A DNA stretch of 39,528 bases, from the NCBI GenBank assembly GCA_050287085.1, contig JBNKBE010000035.1, positions 1-39,528 of the forward strand, read 5' to 3'. Position numbers and translations under genes: made by a program. Source of the stretch: Polyangiaceae bacterium. Its GTDB lineage: Bacteria > Myxococcota_A > Polyangia > Polyangiales > Polyangiaceae. The notes below the pieces were generated by a model that ran no database searches, was not told where the DNA came from, and saw only the letters and a list, made by a program, of their open reading frames with translations. Below are positions 1 through 9,003 of the stretch, one piece after another (within the stretch, counting starts at the first letter, position 1; every line of letters starts with the position of its first letter).

Positions 1-78
1 GACTCATCCGTAGAGCTGGCGCTGCTGCTGGTTGAGGGAATTTCGTTGCGCCTGCAGCACAAGCGCATACCGTTAGGG
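1..78 (+). repeat. attC site, right part only (cut by window edge)
   Basis: Ends GCAGCACAAGCGCATACC-GTTAGGG (R' at 72-78), the same layout as the attC end at 1299-1322; an ORF starts 10 nt later. Confidence 0.7.
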
Positions 79-88
79 GGAACCACAG

Positions 89-631
89 TTGGAATTTCAG
101 AGCTATTTATCGGCAGTTCGGGCGGCGTATGCGACGCAAGGTCGCGAACTCTCTCTTAAGAGCCCGGCGAAGCCTGCCGAACTCGACGCCGCAGCAAAGG
201 TCCTCGGATGCAGCCTCCCTGAGGAACTCCGGGAGATTTGGAGCTACGCCAATGGGACCACGGAGGAACACCCGTTCTTCCTGCGTCCTGGGTACCTCAC
301 GGCGTACTCTCTCTTGTCCGCCAAGGAGTCCGCAAGGCAGGCGGAAGCCCTGAAAAGGCGTGCACCTCAGTATGGAAACTATGTGGAACCCAAACCGCGG
401 GCACCTCAGCTCTCCCCAAACTGGCATGAGCCAGGCTGGTTTCCGTCCGCTGAATTTGCCGGACTCCTCCTGATTCTCGATCAGTCGCCATCTGACGCAG
501 GCAACCCCGGTCAGATTATTTCGTTCACCCATGACCCCGACGAGATGCAATATCATGCTGCGTCGCTCTCCGAATTCCTCGACCTTTGCGCGGCGGAACT
601 GGATTCATGGATAGAAGAGGCGCTCCTCTAA
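89..631 (+). CDS. SMI1/KNR4 (SUKH) family immunity protein
   Basis: PAKPAELDAAAKVLGCSLPEELREIWSYANG and LDQSP..GNPGQII.F.HD motifs; TTG start just after R'. Confidence 0.8.
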   Translation: MEFQSYLSAVRAAYATQGRELSLKSPAKPAELDAAAKVLGCSLPEELREIWSYANGTTEEHPFFLRPGYLTAYSLLSAKESARQAEALKRRAPQYGNYVEPKPRAPQLSPNWHEPGWFPSAEFAGLLLILDQSPSDAGNPGQIISFTHDPDEMQYHAASLSEFLDLCAAELDSWIEEALL

Positions 632-642
632 CATTCCACGGT

Positions 643-666
643 GCTCAACAAGTCACTCGAACGCGA
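643..666 (+). repeat. Vestigial attC left arm
   Basis: GCTCAAC-AAGTCACTCGAACGCGA just after the SMI1 stop; matches an R''/L'' layout but has no right arm. Confidence 0.35.
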
Positions 667-669
667 AGT

Positions 670-1125
670 ATGCCCGACGACTCTGACAATCCACTTCTAG
701 TCTCATCCGACTACGCTTTGGTTCCGGGCCCGCTCGTACTCCGCGAGCCAGTCTTGAGCTTTGAGCTGCGGGATGATTTCGAACTCTATCCACCAGTTGA
801 GTTCTGCCATGCTGTCACCTCCCTCCCGGGCGTGTCTGCGATCGGCGATCCCGAGGATGACTGGTACTCCTGGACAGCTCGCTGGTCGGAAGGCGATCGT
901 TCAATCGAAATGGAAATGGCAGGACCGCTGGAGCCTGACAACGCACACCTTCGCGAAGCCTGGGGTGGTACGGCATTGATTCTCAATTGCCGCCTCTCGG
1001 ATCTGCTAACGCTGTGGAAAGCGATCCGCACACGACTTCCTGCCTGCTGGCTCCACGACGCCGACTGCAACATGTTCTCACCTGAACGGTTCGAAGCGAT
1101 ACAAAGAGGCAATTCGGACACCTAG
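670..1125 (+). CDS. Hypothetical cassette protein
   Basis: ATG at 670 within ORF 586-1125; ends just upstream of the attC at 1167. Confidence 0.6.
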   Translation: MPDDSDNPLLVSSDYALVPGPLVLREPVLSFELRDDFELYPPVEFCHAVTSLPGVSAIGDPEDDWYSWTARWSEGDRSIEMEMAGPLEPDNAHLREAWGGTALILNCRLSDLLTLWKAIRTRLPACWLHDADCNMFSPERFEAIQRGNSDT

Positions 1126-1166
1126 CCACCTCGTCAACGCCACTCTTACCGAGGGCGACGATTTCC

Positions 1167-1322
1167 CCCTAACAGGCCGTTGGTGACCGACGGCCACCGC
1201 CAACCCTTTCGCCTTGCTGAAGGGCTTTCGTGCGGCGCTCTCTCTTCCCCCTTTGGGGTCGAGCGCCGGTCGTCGTATTCTGGTGAGGCCTCGGGCCGCG
1301 GCACAACGGCGAGGCGTTAGCC
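1167..1322 (+). repeat. attC site (156 bp)
   Basis: R'' CCCTAAC, R' GTTAGCC; left arm GCCGTTG(G)TG(A)CCG(A)CGGCC pairs with GGCCGCGGCACAACGGC, leaving three extrahelical bases. Confidence 0.9.
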
Positions 1323-1340
1323 TGACTGAAGCCACTCGCG

Positions 1341-1680
1341 ATGGACCCCAAGGCCCCAAGTACATTGGACGAAGTGGTCGTGAGAGACACGCCAGCGTCT
1401 GTTGCGACCTGGGTCGCCGCTCCCGATGAGCAAGTCGACGGTGGCGCCACGCCGTCCTCGACCGGCATCGAGTTCGTTGACTCCGCACCGGGGGCTGCTG
1501 CGCAGGTTGGGCGGGGGCCCGAGATGGTGCGCGAAACTGATGAGCCTTGTAAGGCACCGCCGGGTCCTCGAACTCGACGCGCATCGCGATGGCCAGGGCT
1601 TGCTCTCTTTGTCTTCGCCGGACTGTATTGTCTCTACCTGGCTGCCTTCCATGCCTGGGCTGGTTCCGGGCCGCCATCAC
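1341..1680 (+). pseudogene. Truncated membrane-protein gene, in frame with the downstream antitoxin
   Basis: ATG 18 nt after R'; one hydrophobic segment WPGLALFVFAGLYCLYLAAFHAWAG; reads through the TA promoter without a stop. Confidence 0.4.
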
Positions 1681-1686
1681 CAGGCC

Positions 1687-1721
1687 TTGCCCCCGGATTC
1701 CTACCGTGGTATGAAATCGCC
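1687..1721 (+). promoter_or_regulatory. Sigma70-type promoter of vapBC, probably leaderless
   Basis: TTGCCC-17 nt-TATGAA (with extended TG), 6 nt before ATG 1722; a TACC-GT-GGTA inverted repeat overlaps the -10. Confidence 0.55.
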
Positions 1722-1949
1722 ATGGCGGAAACAGTTGCGAAGCTCTCTGTAAGCATTCCGACGGAGCTGGCCAAAGCAGTCCGACGCCGGGTCGGGCCCC
1801 GGGGGCTCTCCGGCTTCGTCGCGATGGCCATTTCCCACGAACTCGAGCGCGAACAGCTCGGGACGTTTCTTGGTGAGCTCGAGGAAGCCGCCGGCTCTGT
1901 TTCTGATCACGAGCTCGCCCGGGCACGACGCGCATGGCCGAAGCGCTAA
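1722..1949 (+). CDS. vapB: Ribbon-helix-helix antitoxin (VapB-like)
   Basis: KLSVSIPTELAKAVRRRVGPRGLSGFV RHH pattern; overlaps the PIN gene start. Confidence 0.8.
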   Translation: MAETVAKLSVSIPTELAKAVRRRVGPRGLSGFVAMAISHELEREQLGTFLGELEEAAGSVSDHELARARRAWPKR

Positions 1950-2356
1950 TCCTTGATTCCGAAGCAATCAACGCGCTCGCCAATCCGACGCTTCGCAGCG
2001 TCCTAGCCGTCCGGGCTCGGGCAATCCTCACGATCGCCCACGAGCGCCGCGCCCTTGTCCGAGTTCCCGCACCGGTGCTCGCCGAGGTTTGTCGAGGGCC
2101 AAGGTTTGATGCACCGGTCAACCATTTGCTCAACGGCAGAGGGATCAACGTCATAGAGCTCAATCGCGAACTCGCACAGCGCGCCGGAGGTCTGCTCGCC
2201 AAGCAACGACTCGGTTCACAGCACGCGGTAGACGCGTTCGTGGTCGCGTCCGCAATGGCGTTTGATACCGCTGTCATCGCCACGGGCGATCCGGAAGACA
2301 TTAGGCGACTGATCGGAAGTTCGAGGAAGATCAAGGTCTTCTCGCTGTCTGCGTGA
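1934..2356 (+). CDS. vapC: PIN-domain toxin (VapC)
   Basis: LILDSEA, VLAE, AVDAFVVA and ATGDPED acidic PIN motifs; 140 aa. Confidence 0.88.
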   Translation: MAEALILDSEAINALANPTLRSVLAVRARAILTIAHERRALVRVPAPVLAEVCRGPRFDAPVNHLLNGRGINVIELNRELAQRAGGLLAKQRLGSQHAVDAFVVASAMAFDTAVIATGDPEDIRRLIGSSRKIKVFSLSA

Positions 2357-2364
2357 CGCGCGCA

Positions 2365-2526
2365 GGCTAGCACGCCAATGAACACCGACGGGGAGCCTGA
2401 CGCGCCTCGCCTTGCCGGAAGGTCTCCTGCACGTGGCGGCTGGTCGCCGCCACGGTTTGCTGGTAGCCTCGCTACCTGGTAGGTCTTGCCAGTAGCTCCC
2501 CGCGGGTGAATGACAGGACGTTAGCC
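2365..2526 (+). repeat. attC site (162 bp) with mutated R'' (GGCTAGC)
   Basis: Arms GCCAATGAACACCGACGGGGAGC and GCTCCCCGCGGGTGAATGAC, R' GTTAGCC; closely similar to 7381-7522 and 10141-10281. Confidence 0.88.
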
Positions 2527-2538
2527 TGACGCAAACAC

Positions 2539-3603
2539 ATGACGACTGAAACCGGCGCACTTCTCGAGGGTTTGGACGACATCGATTGGGCCCAGCTGGC
2601 GCACGCATACGGGTCTGCAAGCGACGTTCCTCAGCTGATTCGCGACCGCGCCTCGCAAGACCCAGAAGCGGTGAAGAACGCTGACTACGAATTCTACGGG
2701 AACATCTGGCACCAAGGAACCATCTACGCGGTTACACCAACGGCCACCCGCTTCCTTCTTAGGCTCCTGTTCGCCGAGGCAACGCTTGACCGCCCCGGAC
2801 TGGCCCTACTCGTTGGCACCCTCGTCCGCGGAAACCAGCGAAGCACAGAGTCTGGTGAGATTCGTGCTCAAACGATGGCGGAGGTCATCCCGCATGTTGA
2901 CGCGCTCTGGGCGCTGCTTGCTGCGGACGACAGGCTCCTATCCACAGTTGCATACCTCCTTGCCGGACTGCCCTCGACCCATCCCCAGCTCCCAGCCCGA
3001 CTGTTGCCCCTGATAGCCGCCTGCCGAAATGATGAGGCGTGTGCTTCCATGGTCAACGCCATGGTTGAGGCGACCCGTGGAAGTGACACCGCCCATGAGA
3101 CGTTTACGGAGCTTCTCGGCAGTGACAGCATGCCGGTGCGTTTTGCAGCGGCTATTGGCCTCTGCCTTGGCACCGGACAGAAGAACCCGCAACAGCTCAG
3201 CGCAACGATTCTCGAACAACTATCCTGCGAGCACGTGTTCGAAACGACCTCCCAGTACTGGGCCTGGAGCACCTGCCAAGAGCTTGTGGGTGAAGTCCTT
3301 CGGCATGCTGATCGCGCCTTCGCTCGCGCGTTCGTTACCGAAACACTATCGTCACTTCCCAGCCTAGATGGCTACGCGGCGAGCTGCCTCGCCTATGACG
3401 CGCTACCGCTATTCTTCGATGCTAGCTCACCGTGCGGGTTGTCCAGCCTCACAGACACCCAGGCGGCGTTGCTTGTTCAGTTCGCTCGAGACACAAACGT
3501 GCTCTATTCCGATGAAACGGTTAGGCGCATCCTCAAAGACAACCACGCCAAGAACATGGCTCAACTTGCGCAGCGTGTGGGCTCGCCGGTAGGGGCAGGC
3601 TAA
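2539..3603 (+). CDS. HEAT/alpha-solenoid repeat-like cassette protein
   Basis: N-terminal LDDIDWAQLAHAYGSASDVP...WHQGTIY motif; Leu/Ala-rich helical composition; the TAA stop lies inside R''. Confidence 0.7.
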   Translation: MTTETGALLEGLDDIDWAQLAHAYGSASDVPQLIRDRASQDPEAVKNADYEFYGNIWHQGTIYAVTPTATRFLLRLLFAEATLDRPGLALLVGTLVRGNQRSTESGEIRAQTMAEVIPHVDALWALLAADDRLLSTVAYLLAGLPSTHPQLPARLLPLIAACRNDEACASMVNAMVEATRGSDTAHETFTELLGSDSMPVRFAAAIGLCLGTGQKNPQQLSATILEQLSCEHVFETTSQYWAWSTCQELVGEVLRHADRAFARAFVTETLSSLPSLDGYAASCLAYDALPLFFDASSPCGLSSLTDTQAALLVQFARDTNVLYSDETVRRILKDNHAKNMAQLAQRVGSPVGAG

Positions 3604-3612
3604 CACGCCATT
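3598..3612 (+). repeat. attC left end interrupted by an IS
   Basis: GGCTAAC-ACGCCATT matches the start of the other attC sites and is followed directly by an IS terminal repeat. Confidence 0.75.
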
Positions 3613-4760
3613 CTGAAGGATCCCCACGAATATCAGGGAGTCGCTCCTATTCGGACGAGGCCTGTTAGCGTTGAAAGAGCGCGTTTAAGCGCTTCGCCGG
3701 GTGGGTGCAAACTAGGCCTAAGCATGATCTGCTGGCCGAGAAATGGGATTGAGAGGACCCGCCGGTTACGCACGGTGTTAGCCTGAAAGTGACGTAGCTG
3801 GTTCTTGGCTGACGCGTGAAGCCCGACCAACCAGAGAACCAAGGCGGCGAGCGTGCCAATAAGCAGGAGCTGTTCAAGTCGCGCAGCCGAGCGGCAACGT
3901 GCATATCTCAATCCAAAGCCGTGTCGGTGACTCTTGAGGTCTCTGAAGGTTTCCTCGTTCTGCATTCTTTGGGTGTACAGCTGCTTAACGCGTCGGCATG
4001 CAAGCCTGTTGCGGGGCAGAGAGGTCGCCAGGAGCCATGGTGCCCGATGCAGGCGACGGTACATGGTGGTAGCCTGGCCCTTTGGTCCGCGGCGAGGGGG
4101 GCGGCCCACCCGTGGCTTGTCGGCACGTACTAGATAAAGCCGAAACTTGTACTTGAGGCGCTTCGACAGCTGGACTTCTCCGATGTGCCGGACCCGAGGG
4201 GTTGCTGTCCTGTACAAGCTACCAACGAAGGACCAACGTTTCGTGCTGGTATTGTAGTATTTGATCGTGTTGCGCACGCGGCCTACCCAATGCCATCCCA
4301 GGGCTTCAACATCGCGAAACCAGGGGCCGCGGAAGCCGGCATCGGTGACCAGTATTGGCCTACAACCGGCGGGACCGCGCGGCCCCCGACGGGCATCGCC
4401 GCCTTCAGCATTACCCACTCCCGACCAAGCTCAAAGTCTGACCAGTCAATGAGGAGCACGGGCTCGCGTAGGCCCGAAAGCAGGGTCTTGGCTAAGGCTC
4501 GGTAGATCCCATCGCGTTCCGCCGCAAGATGGGGGTTGCCGAGCAAGCGATCCACCGCCTTGATATGGTGTTTGACGTGTGCCGCTGCGCGCCCCCGTCC
4601 CAAGTGAGTCAGGCCAACTTGCTGCCGGAAAGGAGACTCCCGACGACCCGCTGAAGCGCTTCAGCCCTACGACTGTGAGCGATGACGCTGTGATTGTTTA
4701 ACCAATGTGATAGAAAGCTGGTGGCGTGCATGGCGATGTCCTTCGAAGGCGTTGTGTAGG
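3613..4760 (-). mobile_element. IS4 family (IS10-like) element; transposase pseudogene; left end missing
   Basis: Terminal CTGAAGGATCCCC at 3613. Transposase split over three frames (MHATSFL...; KHHIKAVDRLLGN...IDWS; VTDAGF...Y..RMQNEETFRDLKS), with a frameshift near 4611 and an internal deletion near 4375. Confidence 0.85.
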
Positions 4761-5221
4761 AAGGCGCAAGGGTCGAGTTCGAGTGGCAAGGCACCAGCGG
4801 AAAGATCGATCAGCTTGACTGCAGCGATCTTTACGGTGTCTCAATGGGAGCCGAGCCCGATTTCTACCTGCCTGGCGCTGGCATTTTCGTGGAGGTGAAA
4901 GGGCAGATGACGCTCCACCAAGTGTCGAAGATGCTCTACTTGGCTGCCAACCATCACTATTACGTCTATCAGCACAGCGAGGTGGACTGGGACCCGACGC
5001 TTGGCTCGTTTATTGACGTTTCGACATCACTGCCGAGTTCGACGCAGATCGCCAAGCGAAAGGCGTTCAATCGCAGCCACCAACAGCGTGAACTTTGCTA
5101 CCTAGCGAGCAACCGGGCGCTGGCCGCTCGGGTCGGGGCCGTTACGGCTAACCGCCTTCGGGCCTACGTTCAGTTCTTCAACAAGCATGTTTGCCATGCG
5201 GTCGGTCGAGGTCTCCTGTAG
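4760..5221 (+). pseudogene. 5'-truncated PD-(D/E)xK nuclease-like gene
   Basis: PDFYLP...VEVKG motif; the frame stays open upstream of ATG 4844 (VEFEWQ...) back to the IS junction with no earlier start codon. Confidence 0.55.
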
Positions 5222-5235
5222 GCGCGGGAAACCTA

Positions 5236-5395
5236 CGCCAACAACGGTTCGCACATTGACGTGGCCCTCCGCGAGACCGCGGTCTCGCCCGCGTCCCAGT
5301 CATAACCGAGACTGTCGGTCATGACTGCGCCTCGGCCAAGGCCCGGTGGGTTGGTCGTCAAGACTGTCTAGCGCCTTGCAACTGAGCCCCTACGC
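5236..5395 (+). repeat. Possible degenerate attC
   Basis: CGCCAAC lies 15 nt after a stop codon; weak pairing with GCAACTGAGCC; no GTT at the expected place. Confidence 0.25.
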
Positions 5396-5410
5396 GGTAT
5401 AACCTTTGGT
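5376..5410 (+). promoter_or_regulatory. Promoter/operator of the mazEF-like module, probably leaderless
   Basis: TTGCAA-16 nt-TATAAC, 7 nt before ATG 5411; GGTAT repeated around the -10 and the start codon. Confidence 0.55.
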
Positions 5411-5647
5411 ATGAAGACCGCTATATCCATCCCGGACGACGTTTTCGAGCAGGCGGAAGCTACAGCGAAGCGACTCAAGATGAGCCGTAGCGAGCTCTAT
5501 AGCCGCGCCGTGCAGGCGTTTCTTGACGCGCACTCGCCCGACCAGGTCACCGATGGCTGGAACGCTGTAATTGGCGAACTCGGACAGCCTGATACTCTGC
5601 TCGCCTCTGCTGCCGCTCGCCACGTCTTCGAGTCAACCGAGTGGTGA
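5411..5647 (+). CDS. RHH antitoxin (ChpI/MazE-like)
   Basis: MKTAISIPDDVFEQAE...MSRSELYSRA; ends ...STEW, overlapping the toxin GTG. Confidence 0.85.
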   Translation: MKTAISIPDDVFEQAEATAKRLKMSRSELYSRAVQAFLDAHSPDQVTDGWNAVIGELGQPDTLLASAAARHVFESTEW

Positions 5648-5985
5648 TCTCCCAGGGCGATGTCGTGTGGGTCGAGTTCCCCGATGCCGTGGGCTCGGGC
5701 CCCGGATTTCGACGTCCTTCAGTCGTCGTGCAAGGTGACGCTCTCAATCGAAGCGCGCTCGCCACAGTCGTCTGTGTGCCGCTTACCGGGACGCTGAAGT
5801 GGGCTGCGGCTCCGGGCAACGTGCTGCTGCCTGCGCGCGCCACCGGACTCCCGAAAGATTCAGTGGCGAACGTTTCCCAGGTCACCGCAGTAGATCGGAG
5901 GCTCCTGCGTGACAGAGTGGGTAAGCTGTCAATGGCAAAGCTGAGCGCCGTGCTCCAAGGTATCGACGTCGTACTGGGGCGCTAG
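5641..5985 (+). CDS. mazF: PemK/MazF family endoribonuclease toxin
   Basis: QGDVVWV...GSGPGFRRPSVVVQ...VPLT...LPKDSVANVSQ motifs. Confidence 0.92.
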   Translation: MVISQGDVVWVEFPDAVGSGPGFRRPSVVVQGDALNRSALATVVCVPLTGTLKWAAAPGNVLLPARATGLPKDSVANVSQVTAVDRRLLRDRVGKLSMAKLSAVLQGIDVVLGR

Positions 5986-5996
5986 GGGCCTGGGCA

Positions 5997-6048
5997 GGCC
6001 AACAAGGTTTGAACCAGACCGGGCCCCTGGAGCGCCTCGCCAGCTCGC
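5997..6048 (+). repeat. attC left half, truncated by IS debris
   Basis: GGCCAAC-AAGGTTTGAACCAGACC...GCGCCTCGC; the last motif is shared with the other attC sites. Confidence 0.6.
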
Positions 6049-6451
6049 TGCCTTCGTCTGCGAGCTGCATCACGAGATCACGGCGCTGTTTCGCGACGTG
6101 CTCCTCTACGCCTCCGAGCTGGGCTTGATCGGAAAACAAAGCGCTCCGCCTCTGCCCAGGAGGACCTCAACAAGATCGCCCGCTATCGCCTAAAGGTCGC
6201 TCAAATCAGGGAATTCCTCCAGAACAACCGCAAGAAGCGCGGCCCCTCCGGCAACGAACAGAAGAGCAACCTCACCGATCCCGAGAGCGCGAAGATGACG
6301 AGCTCTCGCGGCGTTCTGCAGGGATACAACGGACTTGCCGTCGTAGATGAGCGCAGCCAATTCGTCGTCCAGGCTGAGGGCTACCTCGTCGACCGCTTCA
6401 GAGCGCCGCTGACCGCCTGTCGCGGCTGCCATCTGCGAGACCAGTGTCTGC
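6049..6451 (+). pseudogene. IS1182-family transposase remnant (several internal deletions)
   Basis: Fragments LFRDVLLYASELGLIG, KSNLTDPESAKM..GVLQGYNG and CRGCHLRDQC. Confidence 0.75.
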
Positions 6452-6703
6452 GAGCTGCGTCGTATCCTCTACACCACCAACGCTATCGAGTCCTTGAACT
6501 CGCAGCTCCGAAAGGTCCTGCGCAACCGCGGTCCCTTTCCCGACGACGACGCCGTCTTCAAGTCGCTGTTCCTCGCCCTCCGACACGCTAAGTCCAACTG
6601 GCGCGCCGCCAAGAACTGGAACAAGGCACTCGTACAACTGGATATGTTTTTCGAAGGACGTCTCCCGGTCTAAGTCAAGTTACACGGAAATTCTGACACC
6701 CTC
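6452..6703 (+). mobile_element. IS256-family 3' remnant with right inverted repeat
   Basis: LYTTNAIESLNSQLRKV...RGPFP...FEGRL* (stop 6671-6673), then GTTACACGGAAATTCTGACACCCTC. Confidence 0.85.
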
Positions 6704-6903
6704 GCGGCGCCACCACCCAACCTTGGCCTCATCGCCTCAATGCTCCACCTGCCATGCTCCTGCGGGTGGCTGCCAATCTCGCCAAGCGCCAGCTCCACCG
6801 CGTCTGCAAAGGCCGCACCCAGCCCAACCGAGCGCGCTTCGTACCACAGTGCCGCAGCCTCGAGCTCCTCCTGCGCCTCAGGCAGCAGTCTGACTGGCTT
6901 CAT
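6704..6903 (-). pseudogene. RelE/ParE family toxin, 3'-truncated
   Basis: LLPEAQEELEAAALWYEARSVGLGAAF...HP N-terminus; the C-terminal half is lost near the IS256 end. Confidence 0.75.
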
Positions 6904-7139
6904 CGATTCGCGAGCCGCTCACGCACTCGCGCCAACGCTTCGTTCGCAGGAATCGCTTCCACCGCGCCTGTCTCGTAGGCGTCCAGACGCCGCTTGAGCT
7001 CCGCCGCCCAGGCCGCCGCCCACTCCTCGTCTTCCGGACCCTCCACGCTCGCGAGCAGCTGATCCGCCAGCTCCAGCTTTGCCGCGGTCGGAAGCTGCAA
7101 GGCTTTCGTCATCAGCTCCGTTGGGTCGGTCGACGCCAT
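6900..7139 (-). CDS. Addiction-module antitoxin (ParE partner)
   Basis: ALQLP....LADQLLASV...AWAAELKRRL.....G.VEAIP pattern; ATGA overlap with the toxin. Confidence 0.85.
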   Translation of the reverse strand: MASTDPTELMTKALQLPTAAKLELADQLLASVEGPEDEEWAAAWAAELKRRLDAYETGAVEAIPANEALARVRERLANR

Positions 7140-7174
7140 TCGCAAAGACTACCTGACCTCGCCCCAAAGGGCAA
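7140..7174 (-). promoter_or_regulatory. Promoter of the parDE-like module, probably leaderless
   Basis: On the minus strand: TTGCCC-17 nt-TAGTCT-6 nt-ATG. Confidence 0.6.
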
Positions 7175-7380
7175 AGCCCAACGGGCGCTCCTTCCGAGCT
7201 CGGAGCCCGCCCCAATGCCTTGGTATCCTGCCCTTCTTGTCCCCCAGGACCCGGCCTTGCCCTTGCACGTCGCCGCCGCATGGACTCGCCCTGACATCCG
7301 CAGATGTGATGCATTCACGAGGAGCAACCCAAGCTGCAATCGCGGACCACGTGGCCTCTGCCACTGCAAGAGCTGTCGCT

Positions 7381-7522
7381 GCCCAACAGGCCAATGTACA
7401 CCGACGGGGAGCCTGCAGCGCCTCGCTCCGCTTGAAGGTCTTCTGAAGGTGGCGGCTGGTCGCCTCGCTACCTGAACCCTCATGCCGGTAGCTCCCCGCG
7501 GGTTGTTGGCAAGCCGTTGGGC
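7381..7522 (+). repeat. attC site (142 bp)
   Basis: R'' GCCCAAC, R' GTTGGGC; arms GCCAATGTACACCGACGGGGAGC and GCTCCCCGCGGGTTGTTGGC. Confidence 0.9.
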
Positions 7523-7615
7523 AGACTCAAGCGCCGAGCCTGCCGGTGTCGGATGCACGACCTGGTTCCCCACCCCTGTTTCGCGCCGGTCTGGCATTTG
7601 CATGAACCACTCACC

Positions 7616-8995
7616 ATGCGCTCGTTGCCGAAAATCTGTGCCGTTCTGTGCCGCGACCTTCTCCATGCAACAGCGCGTGCCCTTTCGATTGCAGTCTTTT
7701 TCGCCTGCAGCCAGCAGGTTCCTGTTGACCAATCCGGGAGTGTTCGCGAAGGCGCTCAAGATGGCGGCCTCTCGCCAACGGATGTAGTGGCCCGGTTCGA
7801 CAGCGACTCCGGTGTAGAAGACCGGCTTGTCGACGACAGCAGCCAAGCACGAGACGCCGCGCCGCTCAGCGCTGACAACCCTGACTCCGAAGTCAAAGAT
7901 GGCTCAATCAGCCAATCCACCGCACCTGCAGCGCTCAACGGCGACACGCCGGTCGGCTACGACCTCGAAAGCCCCGTCTGCCAGGCGGAAGAGGTCATGT
8001 TCTCTGGTGGGTTCGGCTGCATCATCTCTGAGAGCAGGCACCTACATTGCTGGGGTGGCAACTCCACCTTCGCGGCTGGCGTTCGTGGTGGACAACCATG
8101 TGGCAGCGACCCGGAGAGCGTCTGCATTCGCGAGCCCAACCTCGTCCCGGGCATCGACTCAGTCGCGGCCGTCGCGTCTGCGCCCGGCGCGACCTGCGCG
8201 GTCCGCGACGATGGCAGCGTATGGTGTTGGGGTTCCAACATTTCGGGGCTGCTTGGCAGAGGCATCGAGGAAATCTGCGACGGCCCAGGCGCTGCCACGA
8301 GAGATGGAGAGCCACAGCCGTGTACCCCTGACCCTGTGCGAATTCAGGGGCTCGAAGATGCGACTGACATCGATTCCTGGGGAGCGATGTGCGTCTCCAC
8401 GTTAAGTGGTTCGGTCTACACCTTCGGGTGGTATGGTCGAACATCCCCAGTGCCCGTAACTGGTGTCACCAATGCTGTGGCTGTGGAGGACGGCTGTGCG
8501 CTGCTGGACGACGGCGGGGTCGTGTGTTGGCCTCCCGACACGCTGGCATCGGAATCCATAGAATGGGACGGCCTGGCAACAGACTTCACCCTCGGATACG
8601 CGATGGGATGCGTGATCAACGACGATGGTAACCTCTTCTGTTGGAACCTCGATCGACCGGACAACTACGGGGATTGCTTGTCGGGCATCTCTTGTGCCTA
8701 CAAAGCGCGGCTATTCGAGCTGGACTGGCCTGTGGTCGATGTCAGTGGGGGTTACGATGTGATGTGGATTCTGACGGACGACGGTCAAGTTCGACCCATC
8801 GTATTGGGTGAACTAGGAGACCCCGTACCGCTCCCCGCTCCAGCCGTGCAGATATCGGCAGCGTCCGGTGGCGCATGCGCCCTACTCGATGATCGGGCGG
8901 TATACTGCTGGACCGCTCCGGGTGTTACCAACGACTATCTCGAACTGAGCCCAGAACCGACGAAAATCGAACTCTGTCAGGGCTCGACGCAGTAG
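7616..8995 (+). CDS. RCC1/BLIP-II repeat Cys-rich lipoprotein (cassette-borne)
   Basis: Lipobox-like FFAC; repeated C-x-DG.V.CWG.N units; start codon uncertain. Confidence 0.85.
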   Translation: MRSLPKICAVLCRDLLHATARALSIAVFFACSQQVPVDQSGSVREGAQDGGLSPTDVVARFDSDSGVEDRLVDDSSQARDAAPLSADNPDSEVKDGSISQSTAPAALNGDTPVGYDLESPVCQAEEVMFSGGFGCIISESRHLHCWGGNSTFAAGVRGGQPCGSDPESVCIREPNLVPGIDSVAAVASAPGATCAVRDDGSVWCWGSNISGLLGRGIEEICDGPGAATRDGEPQPCTPDPVRIQGLEDATDIDSWGAMCVSTLSGSVYTFGWYGRTSPVPVTGVTNAVAVEDGCALLDDGGVVCWPPDTLASESIEWDGLATDFTLGYAMGCVINDDGNLFCWNLDRPDNYGDCLSGISCAYKARLFELDWPVVDVSGGYDVMWILTDDGQVRPIVLGELGDPVPLPAPAVQISAASGGACALLDDRAVYCWTAPGVTNDYLELSPEPTKIELCQGSTQ

Positions 8996-9003
8996 CAGTC
9001 GCT

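Noticed and set aside
1078..2385. 435-aa minus-strand ORF and similar long antisense ORFs (e.g. 33531-34568, 31690-32805)
   Set aside because: Shadows of real genes in high-GC DNA; Arg/Ser/Pro-rich with no motifs; some cross attC sites.
4801..4832. AAAGATCG...CGATCTTT inverted repeat as the IS4 left end
   Set aside because: It does not match the CTGAAGGATCCCC terminal repeat and lies within the open nuclease frame.
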